Below are positions 46,593 to 56,568 of a stretch of 64,000 nucleotides of DNA, in pieces. The notes under the pieces were generated by a model, which had not been told where the DNA came from, ran no database searches, and worked only from the letters and a program-made list of their open reading frames with translations. Origin of the DNA: an uncultured Spirochaetaceae bacterium (GTDB lineage Bacteria > Myxococcota_A > UBA9160 > UBA4427); contig CAYTAT010000030.1 of the NCBI GenBank assembly GCA_964435795.1, positions 876-64,875 of the forward strand, in the 5' to 3' direction. Numbering within the stretch: the stretch's first letter is position 1; each line of letters begins with the position of its first letter. Position numbers and translations under genes: made by a program.

Positions 46593-47168
46593 TCAGTTGC
46601 TCCAGACGATTGAAAGCGTGAATTCATGCGTATTGGCATTCGTATCCGGACCGCCGCTCGTCACGGAGGTCTGGCGGAAGACATACCTGGGACCGACGGC
46701 GAATGCCGAGTTGATCTCATACTCGAAGCCGCCGCCGACCGCCCAGGCGAAATTCCAGTCGTCGTACGAGGTCTCGACCATTTGAGCGGCTCCGATGCCG
46801 CCCCCCACATAGGGGCGAAAGCGGTTGGCATGGGTGAAATTTCCCAGCCAGATATTGCTGGCGATATCCAGTCGCGAACCGTTGTAGCGTCCCTGGGGTG
46901 AACTGCCATCCCATTTGCTGTAGGCGATTCCCATAACGTCCCAGCGCACCCTATTCGAGAGGGTGACGCCGGCCGCAGCCTCCATGGTAAAACCGCCCTC
47001 GCTGGAGGAATCGTTGGAAAGGCTGGTACGGGCGGTCCCGAGGCCCAGGCGCAGATAGCCCGCTTCATCGAGAGAGGATGCATAGCCGAGTTCGAACTGG
47101 CTCTGGCCCAGAACTGGCGCCGAATGGGCGAGCAGTGCCAGGACCGCGATGATCAGGATTCGCTTCAC
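46593..47168 (-). CDS. Outer-membrane beta-barrel protein (OmpA-like/porin family)
   Basis: Signal MKRILIIAVLALLA; RPYVGGGIG and FAWAVGGGFEYEIN; amphipathic C-terminal strand. Confidence 0.85.
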   Translation of the reverse strand: MKRILIIAVLALLAHSAPVLGQSQFELGYASSLDEAGYLRLGLGTARTSLSNDSSSEGGFTMEAAAGVTLSNRVRWDVMGIAYSKWDGSSPQGRYNGSRLDIASNIWLGNFTHANRFRPYVGGGIGAAQMVETSYDDWNFAWAVGGGFEYEINSAFAVGPRYVFRQTSVTSGGPDTNANTHEFTLSIVWSN

Positions 47169-47634
47169 GTTTCTTCCTTTCGCGAATTTTAGCTCGCATG
47201 GCGGTTCTGCCAGAGGTCGCCTTTGGGGATGGCCACCCGTATTTGGCGGTCGATGACAGAGTCATGGAGAAGTTCGATGTCGGGCTGGATCGAGAATAAC
47301 GGATTTTCTGATCGGGGCCGAGGGTTCGACTGAGAGCAGGCCTGAGAGCTTGCCCTGGGCCCCGGGGTGTGGTGCAATTCCGCCAGTTGGCGCAGGGTTC
47401 GTGATATCCCCAAACGGAGCCCTGGGCGGTGGTCATTTTCTCGCCTCGTGCGGTTCAGGCCCTGCGAGAGTTCGCGAATCGATTCCGTTTCGCCCGATTC
47501 GAATCGGCCCACTCGAATCGCGAATGACGTATGATCTATACCCAGGCTTTCCCATTGGCCCTGGCGCCGATGTCGAGGGAATCTGATGCCTCCCCGCTTC
47601 AGGCCACGCGCCTGTGAACTTGAGGAGAAGAGCT

Positions 47635-49932
47635 ATGTCCCCGTCTGCGAATGCCCCCGGATCGGCTTCGGGAGGGAACTGGCATACCACCTCCTGCATC
47701 CTCTGCAGCGTCAACTGCGGGCTGCTGGCTCGCGTCGAGGATGGGCGGATCGTGAAGATCAAGGGCGATCGCAGCAATCCCCGATCCCGCGGCTATACCT
47801 GCGAGAAGCCCGCAAATGTCGACCACTACCAGAACCATCGGGATCGCCTGAAGAGCCCGCTGCGTCGTCGCCCCGACGGAAGTTTCGAAGAGGTCGATTG
47901 GGAGACGGCGATCGCCGAGGTCGCCGAAAAGCTGAAATCGATTCGGGACGATTATGGTGGCGAGAAGATCCTCTACTACGGCGGTGGAGGACAGGGAAAT
48001 CATCTCGGCGGGGCCTATAGCTCCGCAACCCGCAGAATGCTGGGGATGCGTTACGCATCCAATGCTCTGGCCCAGGAGAAGACAGGAGAGTTCTGGGTTG
48101 AGCGCAAGATGTTCGGCGCTCGTCCGGAGCCGGATTTCGAAAACGCGGAAGTGTCGGTCTTTGTCGGCAAGAATCCCTGGCATTCCCATGGTTTCGAGCG
48201 CGCCCGGGTGATTCTCCGGCAGATCGCGAAGGATGAGGCGCGCTCGATGATCGTGATCGATCCGCGGCGCAGTGAGACAGCTGAATTGGCGGATTTCTTC
48301 CTGCAGGTGCGGCCCGGTACCGACGCCTTCTGCCTCTCGGCCCTGCTCGCTGTGCTCGTCCAGGAGGATTGGATCGATCGCAAATTCCTTGCGTCCCACG
48401 CAGGCGAGGCCGGCCCGCTTCTGGAGGCACTCGCGGCCGTGCCGATTCCGGACTATTGCCGCAGAGCCGATATTCCGGAGGAACTTCTTCGGGCCGCCGC
48501 CAGGCGTCTGGCCGAGGCCGAGAGCGTGGCCGTGCTTGAGGATCTGGGTATCGAGATGGCTCCCCATAGCACGCTGAACTCCTATCTCGAGAAACTCCTC
48601 TACACGCTGACCGGCAATTTTGGCCGACCGGGGACCATGAACCTGACTACCCATATGGGGCAATTGGCCGGGGAATCGAAGGTCGACCGTCGCACGCCCG
48701 TGGAGGGTCGGCGGATCATCACCGGGCTGATCGCCTGCAACCACATTCCAGACGAAATCCTGACGGACCATCCGGAGCGGTTCCGGGCGCTGCTGATTGA
48801 GAGCGGCAATCCCGTTCATTCCCTGGCCGATAGCGCCCGCATGCGTGAGTGTCTCGATGCCCTCGAATTCGTAGTGGTCATCGATGTGGCGATGACCGAG
48901 ACCGCGGAGCGGGCGGATTATATTCTGCCGGGTTCGTCACAATTCGAGAAGGTCGAGACCACATTCTTCGGCGGTGGTTTTCCGGATCATGTCTTCCAGT
49001 TGCGGCATCCCCTCTTCGAACCGGCGTCTGGCACGCTGCCGGAAAGCGAAATCCATAGCCGTCTGGTGGCGGCCCTTGGCGGCTACCGGGAGGAAGACCT
49101 CACGGAGTTGCGGGTCGCGGCCGAAGAGGGATTGGAGGAATTCAGTCGCGCCTTCAGCCGGACGCTCTCCGATCGGCCGGATCTGGCGGGGATTGCTCCA
49201 GTACTCCTCTACGAGACGCTCGGTCCCTCCCTCGGCGCTCAGCGACAGTCGGCCGCTCTGCTCTGGGGAGCCGCCCAGGCCTGCGCGGCCCGTTATCCGG
49301 ACTCGCTGCGGCGTGCGGGTTTCGAGGGGGAGGGCACGACCCTCGGCAATGCCCTCTTTCAGGAGATCGTGGCGCGAAAAGAAGGAGTCGTCATCACTTC
49401 GGATCCCTACGAGGTGAGCTTCGAGCGTATTGCCACCGACGATGGGCTGATCCAACTCGTGATTCCGGAACTGCTCAAAGAACTCCTCACACTTCGAGAC
49501 GAGGAGCCGCCCTCCGCGGACGACGCCTATCCCTTCGTGTTGGCAGCGGGGGAGCGACGGGGAAGTACGGCGAATACGATTCTCCGCGATCCCGCATGGC
49601 GGAGCAAGGATCGCGAGGGAGCACTGCGAATCAGCAGGGAAGATGCGGAGGCTCTGGGCATCGAGACCGGAGCTCGTCTACGAGTTCGAACGAGGCGGGC
49701 TTCATGCGAAACGGTGGCAGAAGTTACCGATACGCTTCGATCGGGCCATATTACCCTGCCGAATGGCTTTGGGCTTGCCTATCCGAATGAGCGCGGAGAA
49801 CGCATTGTTCACGGCGTTGCGCCCAATGAACTGACGGCCTCTGAAGATTGCGATTGGCTCGCGGGCACGCCATGGCATAAATATGTGAAGGCCCGGCTCG
49901 AGGTCATCGAGGATTCGGATCGGCAGGTTTAA
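47635..49932 (+). CDS. Molybdopterin-dependent oxidoreductase (DMSO reductase family) with N-terminal [4Fe-4S] domain
   Basis: CILCSVNCG...YTCEK; RLKSPLRR; VIDPRRSETA; ADYILP; C-terminal bis-MGD-binding domain; GAGGAG RBS. Confidence 0.92.
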   Translation: MSPSANAPGSASGGNWHTTSCILCSVNCGLLARVEDGRIVKIKGDRSNPRSRGYTCEKPANVDHYQNHRDRLKSPLRRRPDGSFEEVDWETAIAEVAEKLKSIRDDYGGEKILYYGGGGQGNHLGGAYSSATRRMLGMRYASNALAQEKTGEFWVERKMFGARPEPDFENAEVSVFVGKNPWHSHGFERARVILRQIAKDEARSMIVIDPRRSETAELADFFLQVRPGTDAFCLSALLAVLVQEDWIDRKFLASHAGEAGPLLEALAAVPIPDYCRRADIPEELLRAAARRLAEAESVAVLEDLGIEMAPHSTLNSYLEKLLYTLTGNFGRPGTMNLTTHMGQLAGESKVDRRTPVEGRRIITGLIACNHIPDEILTDHPERFRALLIESGNPVHSLADSARMRECLDALEFVVVIDVAMTETAERADYILPGSSQFEKVETTFFGGGFPDHVFQLRHPLFEPASGTLPESEIHSRLVAALGGYREEDLTELRVAAEEGLEEFSRAFSRTLSDRPDLAGIAPVLLYETLGPSLGAQRQSAALLWGAAQACAARYPDSLRRAGFEGEGTTLGNALFQEIVARKEGVVITSDPYEVSFERIATDDGLIQLVIPELLKELLTLRDEEPPSADDAYPFVLAAGERRGSTANTILRDPAWRSKDREGALRISREDAEALGIETGARLRVRTRRASCETVAEVTDTLRSGHITLPNGFGLAYPNERGERIVHGVAPNELTASEDCDWLAGTPWHKYVKARLEVIEDSDRQV

Positions 49933-49962
49933 AACGCAGACGGAACGGCTCGGAGGTCGCTG

Positions 49963-51246
49963 ATGGAAATTCAAAGGGTATTGAAGGCCGAAGAGGTTGA
50001 CCTCTCGGACCTGGAGTTCTGGCTTCGTCCGATCGAAGAGAGGGAAGGAGCTTTTGCGACGCTGAGGGAGGAGCGCCCGATTCCCTTCATGGACGAGATT
50101 GACATCCCGATCGAGGGGATTCCCCGAGGTCGCGGCTACTGGTCCCTCACACGCCACGATCATCTGCAAGAGGCCAGTCGTCGACCCGAGATATTCAGTT
50201 CCGCCCAGGGTGCGACTTCGATCTTCGATCTGCCCCGGGAATTCAGCGAGTTCTTCGGGGGTCTGATCAATATGGATGATCCCCGCCACGGTCGTCAGAG
50301 AAGACTGATTTCTCGGGGGTTCATCCCGAGTTCCCTGAGGCGCATCGAGGTGGATATCGAAACTCGGGCCGCGGCAATCATCGATCGGGTGATTGAAAAG
50401 GGTGAATGCGATTTCGTATCCGAGATTGCGGCCCCGCTCCCTCTCGAGATCATCTGCGACATGATGGGCATCCCCGCGAGTGAGCGGCGGATGGTTTTTG
50501 AACAGACGAATACGATATTGGGTCTTGGCGATCCGGATATCGTGCAGGGTCAGGAGAATCCCGTGGTCGCTGCTCTCCAGGCGGGCTCCCGGCTTGGAGA
50601 ATTGATGAGCGAGATGGTTGCCGATCGCCGAAAGAGACCCCGCGACGATCTGACCACCACCCTGATCAGCGGCGACTCGAGAGATCTTGCGATGAGTTCG
50701 GAGGAGTTGTCTTCATTCTTCGTGCTCCTCGTGGTGGCGGGCAACGAGACTACCCGCAATGCCATCAGCCACGGCATGAAGGCCCTCTGCGATTATCCGG
50801 ATCAGCGCCGTCGCTGGGCTGCTGATTTCGAGGGTATGGCGGTTAAGGCGATCGAAGAGATCGTTCGCTGGGCGAGTCCGGTTATCCATATGCGCCGAAC
50901 ATGCACGAAGGAAACGATGATCGGCGGGCAGCGTTTGGAAGAGGGAGACAAGGTTGTTCTCTGGTATTCTTCGGCCAATCGAGACGAGTGCGCGTTTGCG
51001 GATCCATACCGCTTTGATCTCTCACGGACGCCCAATGAGCATGTTGGTTTCGGCGGGCCCGGCCCCCACTACTGTCTCGGCGCGAATCTCGCGCGGCGCG
51101 AGATGCGTATCATGTTTCGCCAGATCTTCGAGCGACTTCCCGATCTCGAGATCACTGCCGCTCCAGAGCGCCTGAGATCCAACTTCATCAATGGGATCAA
51201 GCGGATGCCATGTCGTTTCAGACCGGGAAAAGCCAGGTCGAACTGA
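49963..51246 (+). CDS. Cytochrome P450 (CYP124/125-like)
   Basis: VAGNETT, EEIVRWASPV and FGGPGPHYCLG motifs. Confidence 0.93.
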   Translation: MEIQRVLKAEEVDLSDLEFWLRPIEEREGAFATLREERPIPFMDEIDIPIEGIPRGRGYWSLTRHDHLQEASRRPEIFSSAQGATSIFDLPREFSEFFGGLINMDDPRHGRQRRLISRGFIPSSLRRIEVDIETRAAAIIDRVIEKGECDFVSEIAAPLPLEIICDMMGIPASERRMVFEQTNTILGLGDPDIVQGQENPVVAALQAGSRLGELMSEMVADRRKRPRDDLTTTLISGDSRDLAMSSEELSSFFVLLVVAGNETTRNAISHGMKALCDYPDQRRRWAADFEGMAVKAIEEIVRWASPVIHMRRTCTKETMIGGQRLEEGDKVVLWYSSANRDECAFADPYRFDLSRTPNEHVGFGGPGPHYCLGANLARREMRIMFRQIFERLPDLEITAAPERLRSNFINGIKRMPCRFRPGKARSN

Positions 51247-51279
51247 GCCTGCCCGGGATCGGGGAAGCCATGGAGGGAT

Positions 51280-51651
51280 ATGGATGAGTCCTCCCTCTCC
51301 TCGGCCAAGAAGGAAGCCCTGGAATTTTTCCCGAAGCGCAGGGGCGTTCAGGCTATTGGCCTTATTTCTCCATTCTTTCGTCGGTCGAAACCAGGTCTCC
51401 TCGAAGACACAAAATCAGGTCGGCGTGATGCGCTCGCCCGGGGATTGCTGGAAATCACATCTGAGTCTGGCCGCTTGAGGATGCTTCTGGCCCGGTCGCT
51501 CGCTGCCCGGATCCAACTGCCACTGGCAGGGCGCCAGGCACCGGAGGGGGATCGCGACTCGGAAAGCCCCCGCCGGTTCGTTGCCCTCGAAGGAGGGCTT
51601 CCGGATTTGGTGTCGATGGTGTCGTCAATGCGCGGCGACGAACCCCGATAA
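51280..51651 (+). CDS. Hypothetical helical protein, possibly a degenerate Hpt-like domain
   Basis: GGAGG RBS; weak resemblance of DALARGLLEITSESGRL...LAARIQ to the Hpt core, without the His. Confidence 0.35.
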   Translation: MDESSLSSAKKEALEFFPKRRGVQAIGLISPFFRRSKPGLLEDTKSGRRDALARGLLEITSESGRLRMLLARSLAARIQLPLAGRQAPEGDRDSESPRRFVALEGGLPDLVSMVSSMRGDEPR

Positions 51652-52106
51652 GCGACGGTTGAGATGGGAATGGAGGTTACAATTGCGTTACCGGCGGATC
51701 TCGCTGCCCTCGAGAGTCGAGTAATCAGAAGCACCCGAGCCCCAAAGCCAAGGCTTGTTGGAACGAGGAGTTAGGGTACTTTTTACCTCAATTCCCGGTC
51801 TTGTGCGCCAAATTGTCTCACTCCACATTCGCTTTGGATGTGACAACCGATCCGTCCATAACGGACTTGTAACGATTACTTAGCGAGGAATCCTGTAAAA
51901 AGAACATACATAGTCGTAATGTCTTTTACCTTTGGGACATGTCGCTTCTACTTTCAGGTTTCAGGAATCAACGACGGGCGAAAGCAGTTCATTGTCGATT
52001 GCATGGAGGGTTCTCGTCGGGAACCCGATGCGAGGGATGCCTTCATGAGGGTTGACGTTTTCGCCTGGGTGTAGGACGAAGGGTGTTTGAGGGAAATGGG
52101 AAATCG

Positions 52107-53315
52107 ATGATCGAGCATCAGGTTGTGATTTCGGCGGATTGCCCCGTTGGTCTACCGACCGAGGAGTATGTCGGCTATCTCGACCCGCGCTTCAGAGTCG
52201 ATTTCGAAGACTCATTTCGTACGATGGTAAGCAGTTTTCGCGGCTCCCTTCGCGGATCTCCATCCAATTATACGAAAGGCGGGGGGGGCTGCTCGATGAG
52301 TGCCGCCGACTTGTGGGAGCACCCCAAGAGGGCTCGACTGCTCGATCACCAGGGCTGTAGTGCTGAGATCATAAGCCCGGATACGTCGATTGAACTGAAT
52401 AGTCCTCCCTTCGGCGCCGGCCTCACGCTTCGATCGAGGACGCTTGCTGCGGAGTTGCGCTGGGCCGGAGCTCGAGCCCACAATCGCTGGGCTGCTGAGT
52501 TCTGTGCGCAGTCTCCGGACCGGCACGTCGGGTTGGCTGTTCTGCCCGTGCCCGAGGATCGCGAGCCAGCGATTGCGGAAATTCTCTGGGCGTCGGATAA
52601 AGGGCTTCGTGGAGTCGTTCTTCCCGCGAGAGGAGAAGGCGGTCGCGCTCATTCTCGCGAGATATACGATCCAATCTGGGAGATCTGCGAGGATCTCGGG
52701 CTGGTCGTCAGTTTTCAACTGGGTGACCACCTGCGCAGATGGGGTGAAGCCTGCGATAGCGAAACGATGCTTTTCCTGCCGACGACTCGAATGATTTTGG
52801 ATGGGGTTTTCGAGCGTTTCCCGAATTTGAAGGTGATGCTCGCGAAGTCATCGGCAGATTGGGTGCCCAGGTACCTCTCTCTCCTCGATTCGAATCACGA
52901 AACCTCGTATCCACTCGCTTCTCCCATGCGTCCGGGCACCTCGCTCTCCATGAAACCGAGCGAATGCTTCAGGAGAAATGTCTCTATCAGCGTATCCGAT
53001 TTGACGCATCGAGAAGTTCGAATGCGTCATGAAATTGGATTGAAGAACATCCTCTGGAGTTCTGATTGCCCCCTGGCAGACGGAAGTTGGAAACAGGGCC
53101 GAATTCAGTTCATAGATCTCATGAAGGGTGTTCCTGTTGACGAGGCCTCGGATCTGCTCGGTCGCAATTGCGCGCGCATCTTTGGACTGAATCTCGCGAA
53201 ACTCCGCCCGATCGCAAATCGGATTGGCCCGGCAAAGGATGAGTCTTTCGAGCCGAGCCTGATCTCGGAGAATTTGCGCGAGGAATTCGAAGGATGCCGT
53301 CGAAGCGTCGGTTGA
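52107..53315 (+). CDS. Amidohydrolase-2 family homologue with substituted metal ligands
   Basis: VISADC, WAGARAHNRW, YDPIWEIC, GVFERFPNLK, KPSECFRRN and ILWSSDCP follow the family pattern, but key His/Glu residues are replaced. Confidence 0.8.
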   Translation: MIEHQVVISADCPVGLPTEEYVGYLDPRFRVDFEDSFRTMVSSFRGSLRGSPSNYTKGGGGCSMSAADLWEHPKRARLLDHQGCSAEIISPDTSIELNSPPFGAGLTLRSRTLAAELRWAGARAHNRWAAEFCAQSPDRHVGLAVLPVPEDREPAIAEILWASDKGLRGVVLPARGEGGRAHSREIYDPIWEICEDLGLVVSFQLGDHLRRWGEACDSETMLFLPTTRMILDGVFERFPNLKVMLAKSSADWVPRYLSLLDSNHETSYPLASPMRPGTSLSMKPSECFRRNVSISVSDLTHREVRMRHEIGLKNILWSSDCPLADGSWKQGRIQFIDLMKGVPVDEASDLLGRNCARIFGLNLAKLRPIANRIGPAKDESFEPSLISENLREEFEGCRRSVG

Positions 53316-53377
53316 GATTGCTTCTGCTCTCGGATTGATGGCAGGAATGGCTGCTATCCCCAAAGAGGCATTCATTC

Positions 53378-54775
53378 CTATCGCGTGAACCCACGAAGCA
53401 GGTCGATCATGATTCTCGTCCCCCGCCGGATATTCTCGACGGAAATGCGTTCGTTATTTCCGTGGATTCCGTGCCGCTCGGAGACTTTCAGTACGAAGGG
53501 CGAGTAGCCGTAGCTGACGATCCCCAGATCCCGGAAGAAGTGACTGTCGGTGAATCCTCCTGAGACGCTCGGTATGACCCGGGCGTCTGGAAAGTACTTC
53601 TGGCTGATCTCGACGATGGCCTCGAAGAGTTCTGTTTCGGAACTGCTGACGGCGGGTTCGAAACCCATGATGCGATCGATACGAACCTGATCGTCGTTGA
53701 TGATCGCCCGCAACTCGGTGATGAAGGCTTCCGGATCCTGATCGGGCAGGAGGCGGCAATCGATTTCCGCCCGGGATTCGCTCGGAACGACGTTGATCTT
53801 GGCGCTTCCTTCCAGGCGAGTAATCGAGCAGGTATTGCGAAGGAGTGCGTGCAGGCCGGGTTGTTCCAGCTGCAGTGAGAGCATGAAGTCGGCATTCTTG
53901 ACGGCGTCTTCCGGATCGGCCAGAACTGCGGCGAAGCGTCCATCCTGCAGGAGTGCCATTTCCCGGAGCATCTGATTGACTGCCGGAACAACGCGCGGGA
54001 CGAATTTGGTTTCCGCGATTCGATTTGTCGCGCGGATGAGGCGCGTGACGGAGGTTTGGACCTGGGGAGCCGACCCATGCCCAGGTCGCCCCACGGCCGT
54101 CAGTCGAAGCCAGAGAGGCACCTTCTGGGTTACCTCCACCATGACGGCGAGTTTATCGCCCAACTCCTGAACTGCACCGCCTTCGTTCAGCAGGTAGCCG
54201 ACATTGGAGAATACTTCCCCCTGCGTCCTGACCAGCCAGCCGGCGCCAAAAGAGCCTCCCGCTTCTTCGTCCGCCGTTGCGACAAAGAAGACGTCTCGAT
54301 TCAGGGGAAGACCCGATTCCTTCAAGGCCAGGAAAGCCTCGAGCTGGATGATCCCGAGTCCCTTCGTGTCGAGGGCGCCACGGCCGTAGAGATAGCCTTC
54401 GCTGATTCTGCCGGAAAGAGGGTCGAAGTCCCAGTACGCGGGATCGGCCGGCACGACATCGATGTGGTGAAGGAGCACGATTCCCGGTTCATTTCCCCCT
54501 TCAAGTCTGGCCCAGAGATTGCCCCGTCCGGGCGCGGACTCGCCGGTGGAATACTCGATTCCGTGGGCAGCGAGGATCCTGCCGAGATAGTCGACACCAC
54601 GTGATTCGTTGCCGGGAGGGTTGGTGGTATCAACTCTCAAATACCCGGCGAGGTTCCTGACGGCCCGGGCAGCATGATCTTCGGCATTTGTCGGGGATCC
54701 GCTGACGACCATGAGAACGAGGGGAATTGCTGCGCAGAGGGCGCGGAGGCAGAAGGCATTCCGTTTATTTTCCAA
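53378..54775 (-). CDS. Exported M20/M25/M40 family metallopeptidase
   Basis: Signal peptide; HHIDVVP, YGRGALDTK, ADEEAGG, NEGG, GHGS, GFTDS, HGNNERI. Confidence 0.92.
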   Translation of the reverse strand: MENKRNAFCLRALCAAIPLVLMVVSGSPTNAEDHAARAVRNLAGYLRVDTTNPPGNESRGVDYLGRILAAHGIEYSTGESAPGRGNLWARLEGGNEPGIVLLHHIDVVPADPAYWDFDPLSGRISEGYLYGRGALDTKGLGIIQLEAFLALKESGLPLNRDVFFVATADEEAGGSFGAGWLVRTQGEVFSNVGYLLNEGGAVQELGDKLAVMVEVTQKVPLWLRLTAVGRPGHGSAPQVQTSVTRLIRATNRIAETKFVPRVVPAVNQMLREMALLQDGRFAAVLADPEDAVKNADFMLSLQLEQPGLHALLRNTCSITRLEGSAKINVVPSESRAEIDCRLLPDQDPEAFITELRAIINDDQVRIDRIMGFEPAVSSSETELFEAIVEISQKYFPDARVIPSVSGGFTDSHFFRDLGIVSYGYSPFVLKVSERHGIHGNNERISVENIRRGTRIMIDLLRGFTR

Positions 54776-54995
54776 TCGGGACTCTCCTCCGGATGGGGAA
54801 AATACTGCTGCTTCGATATTCCGAGGCCCTTCAACTACGGGTCGGATAACTCCGATCGGTTCTCGCTCTCGAGAGAATGTGCTTTTTCGTATAAGACTCT
54901 GCCATACGCCGAAGCCTTATGGGGCTCGAATGATATGGAAGTATAGGACCGAAGCCCTCAGCGGAGCGAAGAATTCGGGCTAGAATTCAGGCACG

Positions 54996-55604
54996 ATGAA
55001 GGATACCCAGAGGGGAGTGTCTGGAGCCACAGTTCTGGTCACGGCTGTTGTTTCGGGAATCGGGTCGGCGGCGAGATTTCTCCTGATCTCGAGCGCTGCC
55101 CGTGTCATCGCAGTGGAGCGCGATGAAGAGAGATGCCAACGGGCAGTGGCCGCGATCCACGCCCGGGGCGAGGAGGCAGATGCCTGCGTTCTGAACCTGA
55201 CTTCAATGCAAGAAGTCGAATCTGCAGCGGAGAAGATTTGGGTGAACTGTGGTCTGCCCCATATTCCGATCAGTCCGCCCGGTGGGGGCCTGATCCGACC
55301 CCTTGCTGAAATCGATGGTTTGGTTCTCGAATTGCTGGTTCGAATGAACGCGATCGATCCGATCAGGCCGATGCGTGCTTCGCCTCCTCGCATACTCGGG
55401 TCGGAGCCGGCTCGGTGGTATCCGCCCTTTCCTGCTTCCCTGCTGGCAAAGATTCGCGATGGGCTGATTCGTAGGATTCCCTTTCTTCGCCGGGCACGAC
55501 CGGAAGAGGCCGCCAAGGTCATCGCATTCCTGGCCAGCCAGCGCTCGAATTTCGTAACGCGGCAGCCTCTGAGCGTGAGCGGGGGGCTCGCGATGGCCGA
55601 TTGA
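54996..55604 (+). pseudogene. Internally deleted, degenerate SDR resembling BadH (2-hydroxycyclohexanecarboxyl-CoA dehydrogenase)
   Basis: N-terminal VLVTAVVSGIG (eroded TGxxxGIG) and C-terminal PEEAAKVIAFLAS...FVTRQPLSVSGGLAM are present; the S/YxxxK catalytic segment is absent; 202 aa open frame. Confidence 0.65.
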
Positions 55605-55660
55605 TTCGGCGGGCTCGGGGCATAGCGCGTCGGATTTTCGAATTGAATAGGAGAGTTTGG

Positions 55661-56452
55661 ATGCAATATCAGGATATTCGCTACGAGGTTGACGGTCGCG
55701 CCGCCATAATTACGATCGATCGCCCCGAGCGCTTGAATGCTTTTCGGGGCCGCACGATCGAGGAATTGATCCACGCATTCAAGATCGTCTGGGGGGATGA
55801 CAGCATCGCGGCTGCAATCCTGACGGGGGAAGGCGAACGGGCTTTTTGTGCGGGCGGAGATCAGAAGGAATACGTCGAAAAAGGATCCTACGGTACCAGC
55901 GAGACGGGAATCTTCGAGGTGGAGGCCCTCCATCATGCGATTCGCGATTGTCCGAAGCCAGTGATCGCAGCGGTCAATGGCGTCGCGATCGGAGGCGGGC
56001 ATGTTCTGCACGTCATTTGCGACGTTTCGATCGCCGCGGATAGCGCTCGCTTCGGTCAGGCGGGGCCGAAGGTTGCTTCATTCGATGCGGGATTCGGAAC
56101 TGCCTATCTTTCCCGCGTCGTCGGAGAAAAGAGGGCCCGAGAGATCTGGTTCTTCTGTCGTCAATACAATTCGAGCACGGCCCTCGAGTGGGGTCTCGTC
56201 AACAAGGTGGTTCCCGCCGACCAGTTGATGAAGGAAGCCCGGGCCTGGGTGGGGGAGATCGAAGCCCTTTCGCCCAGTGCATTGCGTTTCCTGAAAATGT
56301 CCTTCAACGCTGATTCTGCCCAGATCTCCGGACAGCAACGCCTCGCATTCACAGGGCTCGAGGCTTTCGGGAAGAGCGAGGAGGCCCGTGAAGGTCGCGA
56401 GGCCTTTGCGGAAAAGCGCACGCCCGATTTTGACCGCTTTCGGGGAGGATGA
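55661..56452 (+). CDS. badI: 2-ketocyclohexanecarboxyl-CoA hydrolase-like crotonase (BadI/MenB group)
   Basis: NAFRGRT, AFCAGGDQ, LHHAIRDCPKPVIA, FGQAGPKVASFDAGFGTAYLSRVVGEKRAREIW; follows a BadH-like SDR. Confidence 0.75.
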   Translation: MQYQDIRYEVDGRAAIITIDRPERLNAFRGRTIEELIHAFKIVWGDDSIAAAILTGEGERAFCAGGDQKEYVEKGSYGTSETGIFEVEALHHAIRDCPKPVIAAVNGVAIGGGHVLHVICDVSIAADSARFGQAGPKVASFDAGFGTAYLSRVVGEKRAREIWFFCRQYNSSTALEWGLVNKVVPADQLMKEARAWVGEIEALSPSALRFLKMSFNADSAQISGQQRLAFTGLEAFGKSEEAREGREAFAEKRTPDFDRFRGG

Positions 56453-56568
56453 AAAGGGCTGAATCTGATGCGGACTGGATTTTCCTGTCGATAGAGTGGA
56501 TGTTGTCTGAGCGGCCGCAAGGTCCGTCCTCGGATCTTGCCGGAATGAAAATAGATAGAAGGAAGCAT

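Noticed and set aside
47189-47512. 107-aa ORF upstream of the beta-barrel gene
   Set aside because: Only a faint TPR-like stretch, no clear RBS or family match; may be a remnant but cannot be supported.
55661-56452. Calling the crotonase MenB (naphthoate synthase)
   Set aside because: No men genes nearby; the BadH-like neighbour and the LHxAIRDxPKPVIA segment favour BadI.
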